A stretch of 64,000 bases of DNA from contig CAZZIF010000002.1 in the NCBI GenBank assembly GCA_964654025.1, positions 883 through 64,882 on the forward strand, in the 5' to 3' direction. This document shows positions 59,278 to 64,000 of this stretch, piece by piece (position 1 is the first letter of the stretch; each line of letters starts with the position of its first letter). The DNA comes from an uncultured bacterium. Its GTDB lineage: Bacteria; Eisenbacteria; RBG-16-71-46; CAIMUX01; WJJG01. A program made the translations under genes and the position numbers. Below the pieces are notes generated by a model. The model searched no databases, was not told the origin of the DNA, and saw only the letters and a program-made list of their open reading frames with translations.

Positions 59278-61332
59278 ATGCCCGGGCAGAAGACGACCAA
59301 GGGGGAGCGTGTAAATGAGATGACGAAGAAGGAGGCCCAAAAGCGAGCCAAAGAGCTTCGCGAGGAGGTCTCCCATCATGATTTCCTCTACTACGTCAAG
59401 AATGATCCGGAGATCTCCGATGCCGCCTACGACCGGCTCAAGGGCGAGTTGGAGAAGATCGAAGAACGATTCCCGGATCTGGTGACTGCGGACAGCCCAA
59501 TGCAGCGAACCGGGGGGGAACCGCAAGAGCAGTTCGGGACCGTCACGCACGAGACACCGATGTTGAGCTTGCAGGCGGTTCCGGACCGGGAGGGGTTCGA
59601 GTCCTTCTACGAGCGCACTTGTGACGATCTGGGCGAGGAGAAGGTGACGCTGGTCGGGGAGCCGAAGTACGACGGCGTGAGCGTGGAGCTGATCTACGAA
59701 AACGGCCAACTCGAAACGGGATCCACGCGTGGAGATGGTCGGGAAGGGGAGGACATCACCCCGAACGTCAAGACGATTCCGCAGGTCTTGTTGAATCTGA
59801 GGCAACCCAAGAACGCTTCCCGCCCACGACACCTCGTCGTCCGGGGCGAAGTGTACATGGAGAAGGAGGCGTTCCGCGACTTCAACGACCGACAGGAGGA
59901 GGCCGGAAAGAAGACATTTGCCAATCCACGAAATGCAGCGGCCGGAAGCCTGAGGCAGCTGGATCCCAAGATCACTTCGGAACGTCCCCTGCAGGTCTAC
60001 TTCTGGGAGATTGCCGCCTCTTCGAGTTCCCGGCCGGCGACCCATTGGGAATGTCTCGACCTGCTCGCTCGCCTCGGACTGCGAACCAACGAGTACGCCC
60101 AGCGATGTGAAGATCAGCAAGAAGCCATCGACTGGCAGGCGGACATGGCGAACCGGCGCCAGGGGCTGCCCTTCGAGATCGATGGCTGCGTTTTCAAGGT
60201 CGACCGGCTGAAGGCCTACGACTCCCTTGGTACGCGAGCCGCCAATCCCCGCTGGGCGGTGGCGTGGAAGTTCCCGCCCGCGCGGGAGTCCAGCCGCATC
60301 AAGGAGATCGAGGTCCAGGTGGGCCGAACCGGAGCGCTGACACCGGTGGCGGTTCTCGAGCCGATCTCGATTGGCGGCGTGAAGGTGAGTCATGTCTCGT
60401 TGCACAATCAGGATGAGATCGATCGGCTGGATGTCGCCGAGGGCGACACCGTGTTGGTCGAACGGGCTGGGGATGTCATTCCCCACGTCGTCAAGGTGAC
60501 GAAACGCAAGGGCGGGAAACGCAGTACGTATCGGTTGCCCAAGAAGTGCCCGGTTTGCCATGGCGACGTCGTCAGGCCCGAAGGCGATGCGATTGCCCGG
60601 TGCACCAATCCCTCGTGCCCTGCGCGGATCGAGCAGAGCCTGTTGCATTTCGCTTCCTCCGAAGCACTCGACATCGATGGTCTGGGCGAGAAGGTTGTGC
60701 ATCAACTCCTGGAAGCCGGATTGGTGTCGGATCTGAGCGAGCTATTCAGTCTGAAGAGCAAGGACCTCGAGAAGCTCGAACGAATGGGACCCAAACGGGC
60801 GGAGAATGTGATTCAGTCGATCGAGGAGGCCCGGACGAAGGCCACCTTGCCTCGGTTGATCTACGGTCTGGGCATCCCGCATGTGGGACGGGCGTTCGCC
60901 GGCGATCTGGCGGCTGCCTTCGGGTCACTCGAGGCGCTGGCGGAGGCCTCGGAAGAAGACCTGCTCGAGCAGGAAGGCATGGGACCGACCAGGGCGCAGG
61001 CCATCGCGGGTTGGTTCGATAACAAACAGAATCACAAACTCGTTCACAAGCTGAAGAAACAGGGCCTCGATCCCCGGTTCTCCCAGAAGAAGGGCGCCCT
61101 CGCCGGGAAGGTCGTCGTCTTCACCGGCGGCCTCGATGCGATGTCCCGGGATGAGGCGAAAGAGGCGGTACTCGAACAAGGGGGCAAGGCGACCGGCAGT
61201 GTATCAGGGAACACCGATCTGCTCGTGGCCGGCGCCGATCCGGGCGACACCAAGATGGAGAAGGCCCGCGACGAGGATGTCAAGGTCATCGGTGAGGGAG
61301 AGTTCCTCGATCTGATCGGAGAGGAGCGGTAG
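59278..61332 (+). CDS. ligA: NAD+-dependent DNA ligase
   Basis: GAGGAGG RBS 5 nt before the ATG at 59278. KYDGVSVELIYENG adenylation Lys. OB fold, Zn finger (CPVCHGDV...C..PSCPA), HhH and C-terminal BRCT. Confidence 0.9.
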   Translation: MPGQKTTKGERVNEMTKKEAQKRAKELREEVSHHDFLYYVKNDPEISDAAYDRLKGELEKIEERFPDLVTADSPMQRTGGEPQEQFGTVTHETPMLSLQAVPDREGFESFYERTCDDLGEEKVTLVGEPKYDGVSVELIYENGQLETGSTRGDGREGEDITPNVKTIPQVLLNLRQPKNASRPRHLVVRGEVYMEKEAFRDFNDRQEEAGKKTFANPRNAAAGSLRQLDPKITSERPLQVYFWEIAASSSSRPATHWECLDLLARLGLRTNEYAQRCEDQQEAIDWQADMANRRQGLPFEIDGCVFKVDRLKAYDSLGTRAANPRWAVAWKFPPARESSRIKEIEVQVGRTGALTPVAVLEPISIGGVKVSHVSLHNQDEIDRLDVAEGDTVLVERAGDVIPHVVKVTKRKGGKRSTYRLPKKCPVCHGDVVRPEGDAIARCTNPSCPARIEQSLLHFASSEALDIDGLGEKVVHQLLEAGLVSDLSELFSLKSKDLEKLERMGPKRAENVIQSIEEARTKATLPRLIYGLGIPHVGRAFAGDLAAAFGSLEALAEASEEDLLEQEGMGPTRAQAIAGWFDNKQNHKLVHKLKKQGLDPRFSQKKGALAGKVVVFTGGLDAMSRDEAKEAVLEQGGKATGSVSGNTDLLVAGADPGDTKMEKARDEDVKVIGEGEFLDLIGEER

Positions 61333-61441
61333 CTACCGAAGACATGCGCCCCCCGGTGCCATCGGCTGGTCCGAGGGACAGGAACAGCTGAGGACAAGAC
61401 GCAACCTTCAAGAGGGTTGCACGATCACAGGAGTTGACCGT

Positions 61442-62569
61442 ATGAAGACAAATGCTCTGCAGGAGCTTCGCAAGCTGGGCCAGGGTATCTGGCTGGATTA
61501 TTGGCACCGCGGGATGCTGGAGGATGGTGAGTTTCAGCGGCTGCTGACCGAAGATGGCATCACCGGCGTGACGACAAACGCGAGCTTGTTTCAGCAGGCG
61601 TTGGCCGAAGGCGAGGTCTATGGAGCTGCCATGGACGGCCTGGCGGCTCTGGATCTGCCGGCCGAGGAGATCTACCGCCGGCTGGTGGTCGAAGACGCGC
61701 AAGCGGCAGCCGACCTTCTGGAACCGATCCACGCGCAAAGCGATGGACGGGATGGCTATGTGTGCCTGGCGGTGAATCCGCAGCTGACACATGACAGCGA
61801 CGCGACGACCGCGGATGCTCTCGATCTGTGGACGCGTGTGAAACGGCCGAATCTCATGATCAAGGTTCCCGCGACCGATGCCGGCCTGCTCGCGATTCGT
61901 CATCTCACGGCCGAAGGAGTGAATACGAACGCAACCCTGATTTTCGATCCCGATCGCTACGAACAAGCCGCCGAAGCGTACGTGAGCGGCTTGCAGGCCC
62001 GCTTGCAGCGGAGCGAGTCGATCCGGGGAATCACCGGCGCCGCCAGCGTGTTGGTTGGCCGGATCGACCTGCGAATCGATGCCATGATACGTGAAGGGAT
62101 CGGACAGAACCCCGATCGGACTGAGCTGGCCGGCAAGCTTGAAGGGAGTGTCGGCATCGCCGTTGCCCGGCAGAGTCTCTTGTTTCACAAGCGCATCTTC
62201 GACGAGGAGCCCTTCCGCCGGCCGGCCAGTGCGGGTGCCACCCCCCAGCGCTTGGTGTGGGCCAGCACGGGGCCCAAGTCTGCCCGGTACGACGAGCACA
62301 AGTATGTCGATGCGCTGGTGGGGGCCGACACGATCGTGGCGATGCACCCGGCCACACTCGATTCCTATCGCGAGCGGGGCAAGCCCGCGCGTCGCCTGGA
62401 GGAGACCCTTGACCAGGCGCGTTATTGCCTCGATCAGATGCCGGCGGCCGACATCGACTTGTCGGCCGTCGGCCGGAGTCTGGAGAACGAGGGCATCCGC
62501 GCGTTTGCGACGGCGCGCCAGGTCACCTTGCAGCAGATCGAGGCCCGGCGGGAATCGGCCGCCCGGTGA
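61442..62569 (+). CDS. tal: Transaldolase (long actinobacterial/cyanobacterial-type)
   Basis: GIWLDYWHRGML...GVTTNASLF and the Schiff-base Lys in NLMIKVPAT. Confidence 0.8.
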   Translation: MKTNALQELRKLGQGIWLDYWHRGMLEDGEFQRLLTEDGITGVTTNASLFQQALAEGEVYGAAMDGLAALDLPAEEIYRRLVVEDAQAAADLLEPIHAQSDGRDGYVCLAVNPQLTHDSDATTADALDLWTRVKRPNLMIKVPATDAGLLAIRHLTAEGVNTNATLIFDPDRYEQAAEAYVSGLQARLQRSESIRGITGAASVLVGRIDLRIDAMIREGIGQNPDRTELAGKLEGSVGIAVARQSLLFHKRIFDEEPFRRPASAGATPQRLVWASTGPKSARYDEHKYVDALVGADTIVAMHPATLDSYRERGKPARRLEETLDQARYCLDQMPAADIDLSAVGRSLENEGIRAFATARQVTLQQIEARRESAAR

Positions 62570-62666
62570 TGTTCGCGCCCGTCATCTCGCGCGGCCTGCG
62601 TGGTGTGTGGCTGGCATGATCGGGTGGCCGTCCCGCTGCTGGTCGGGTTGTGGATCTCTGCCGGAC

Positions 62667-63218
62667 CTAGGAGTCGTTCATGAAGAGCTGGTCTCCTCCC
62701 TCGGCCTTGGCATGACAGGGCATGCACCCGGTGTCCGAGTCCTTTCCGACCAGCCCCGCGAGCGGCACGCCCTGCTCGTTCGTGTCGAGTGTGCCGTCGG
62801 CCTGATACTTGACATAGAACCAGTCGGGGCCCTGCAGATTGTAATGTTCGTCGCGCTGAACCATTACGGTGACGGCCATGAGGAATTCGTCGGGGCGGTT
62901 CGACACGGTCTGGATCGAGGCGTTCTCGCCGCCGAAGTTGTCCTTCACGATGACGTGATAAGCGTCATCACCAACGTGGACGTAGTTGTAGTACATACGA
63001 AGAAACTGCCCGTGAGGCGAGGTCCCGGGATAGACGTCCGAGGCGAGCGGCCAATCCTGATAGCCCTGCATGGCCTCCCACAAGTTCTCGGCGAAGCTGA
63101 TGCTCTTGGCGTCGCCATAAGCCTCCTCTTCCTGCGTGCAAGCGACGCCAATCGTGATTGCCAACGCAATCACCAGCAGCACGCTCGGACAGTAGACTTT
63201 TCGAAGTCTCGCTTGCAT
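62667..63218 (-). CDS. Putative cytochrome P460 / cytochrome c'-beta family protein (single CxxCH haem c)
   Basis: AAGGAGG RBS 6 nt before the ATG at 63218. Signal or lipoprotein-like N-terminus. CMPCH haem-binding motif close to the C-terminus and ~180-aa size are typical of P460. Confidence 0.45.
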   Translation of the reverse strand: MQARLRKVYCPSVLLVIALAITIGVACTQEEEAYGDAKSISFAENLWEAMQGYQDWPLASDVYPGTSPHGQFLRMYYNYVHVGDDAYHVIVKDNFGGENASIQTVSNRPDEFLMAVTVMVQRDEHYNLQGPDWFYVKYQADGTLDTNEQGVPLAGLVGKDSDTGCMPCHAKAEGGDQLFMNDS

Positions 63219-63884
63219 ACCAACCTCCTTCTGGCACTGGGGCGTGTGGCGGTGGGGACTCAAGGTGGATGGCTTCGTCATGTGCGCGCCCATCACCCAG
63301 ATCCACCGCACGGCCTTTGTCGTCCTCTTACTTTGCAGAGGTTTTCCGCACGGGCAATCAGGGTATGTCCCCGTCGAGGGTTCGGGAAGAATTTGGGTGG
63401 GGGAACTCCCGAGGCAGGGAACCGCAGGGATCCCGATTGTGCCCGGCCGGCTCCTCCCGCACGATGCGCCTGTCATGGACGCCACAAGCCATGGCGCATC
63501 GGATCCTCGAGAGGGAAACGGGAGTTCCTCCGTGACGCACACAGGGCGCCTGCCCTGGCCCCGACTCACGTTTCCTGAGGAAGCGGCGCAATGCCGCAAC
63601 GCGTGCCCGGCCGGTTCGATAAGAGATCGCACCCGAATGCTCTCTCGCTGACCACCCGACCGGCCGGGCCCCGCCCCCCTTCCTCAGACGACGGGCTCAG
63701 TCCGCCTCCAGGTCCTTCTCCGCTGCCCGGTCCGGAAAGAGGTGGATTCGTTCCAGGTCGAGGTTCAAGCCGACCGGGACCTCCCCGGGATCACGGTCCG
63801 CCAGCACCAGCAAGCCCTGTCTACCGATATCCACGTGCAGGAGAAAGCCAGTTCCCAAGTTCTCCACAACGCGGACCTTCCCCC

Positions 63885-63968
63885 GAATCTTGCCTCGCTC
63901 GGGCGGAATCTTGCCTCGCTCGGGCGGAATCTCGGCTCGCTCGGGCGGAATCTCGCCTCGCTCGGGCG
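63885..63968. repeat. 21-bp tandem repeat (GAATCTYGSCTCGCTCGGGCG) x4
   Basis: Direct reading near the window end. Confidence 0.85.
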
Positions 63969-64000
63969 CGAGTACACGGATGTGTTCCGGACGGATGCCG

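Noticed and set aside
63765-63977. 70-aa minus-strand ORF with (SEARFRP)n repeats at the window edge
   Set aside because: It is the translation of the 21-bp tandem repeat array (63885-63968), not a credible gene.

Overview
This is a 64 kb, very GC-rich (~66-68%) chromosomal window with about 49 protein-coding genes. I found no rRNA, tRNA, CRISPR array or transposase/integrase. A T9SS-type C-terminal sorting tail on a secreted FG-GAP/ASPIC-UnbV protein suggests a Bacteroidota/Rhodothermota-like (FCB-group) genome.

Gene content:
- The 5' third encodes a GH17 glycosidase, an aldehyde dehydrogenase, a lower-GC alkaline-phosphatase-superfamily gene, a tricorn-protease homolog, a MATE transporter, apgM and a ribosome-hibernation-like domain fused to a cold-shock domain.
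- A trehalose block follows: treZ plus a 1770-aa MalQ-TreY fusion.
- The centre (~27-49 kb) is a dense stress/dormancy-type cluster, described below.
- Downstream is a complete Na+-type N-ATPase operon (atpDCQRBEFAG order, subunit c carrying the Q...ESTxxY Na+ signature), then PolX, LigA, transaldolase and a cytochrome-P460-like haem protein.

The most interesting signal is that the central cluster mirrors the Mycobacterium tuberculosis DosR dormancy regulon gene-for-gene:
- HisKA_3 kinase and NarL/LuxR regulator (DosS/T, DosR)
- pfkB (Rv2029c)
- ferredoxin next to a GH65 gene and an HAD-T6P phosphatase gene (fdxA Rv2007c / otsB1 Rv2006)
- M50-CBS protease (Rv2625c)
- eRF1-like baeRF protein (Rv2629)
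- HPF-like protein (Rv0079)

Here these sit in a non-actinobacterial background.

A second pervasive feature is more than ten distinct short tandem-repeat arrays (10-30 bp units, 3-9 copies). They sit in intergenic or stop-codon-overlapping positions, and one array is in-frame inside atpA.
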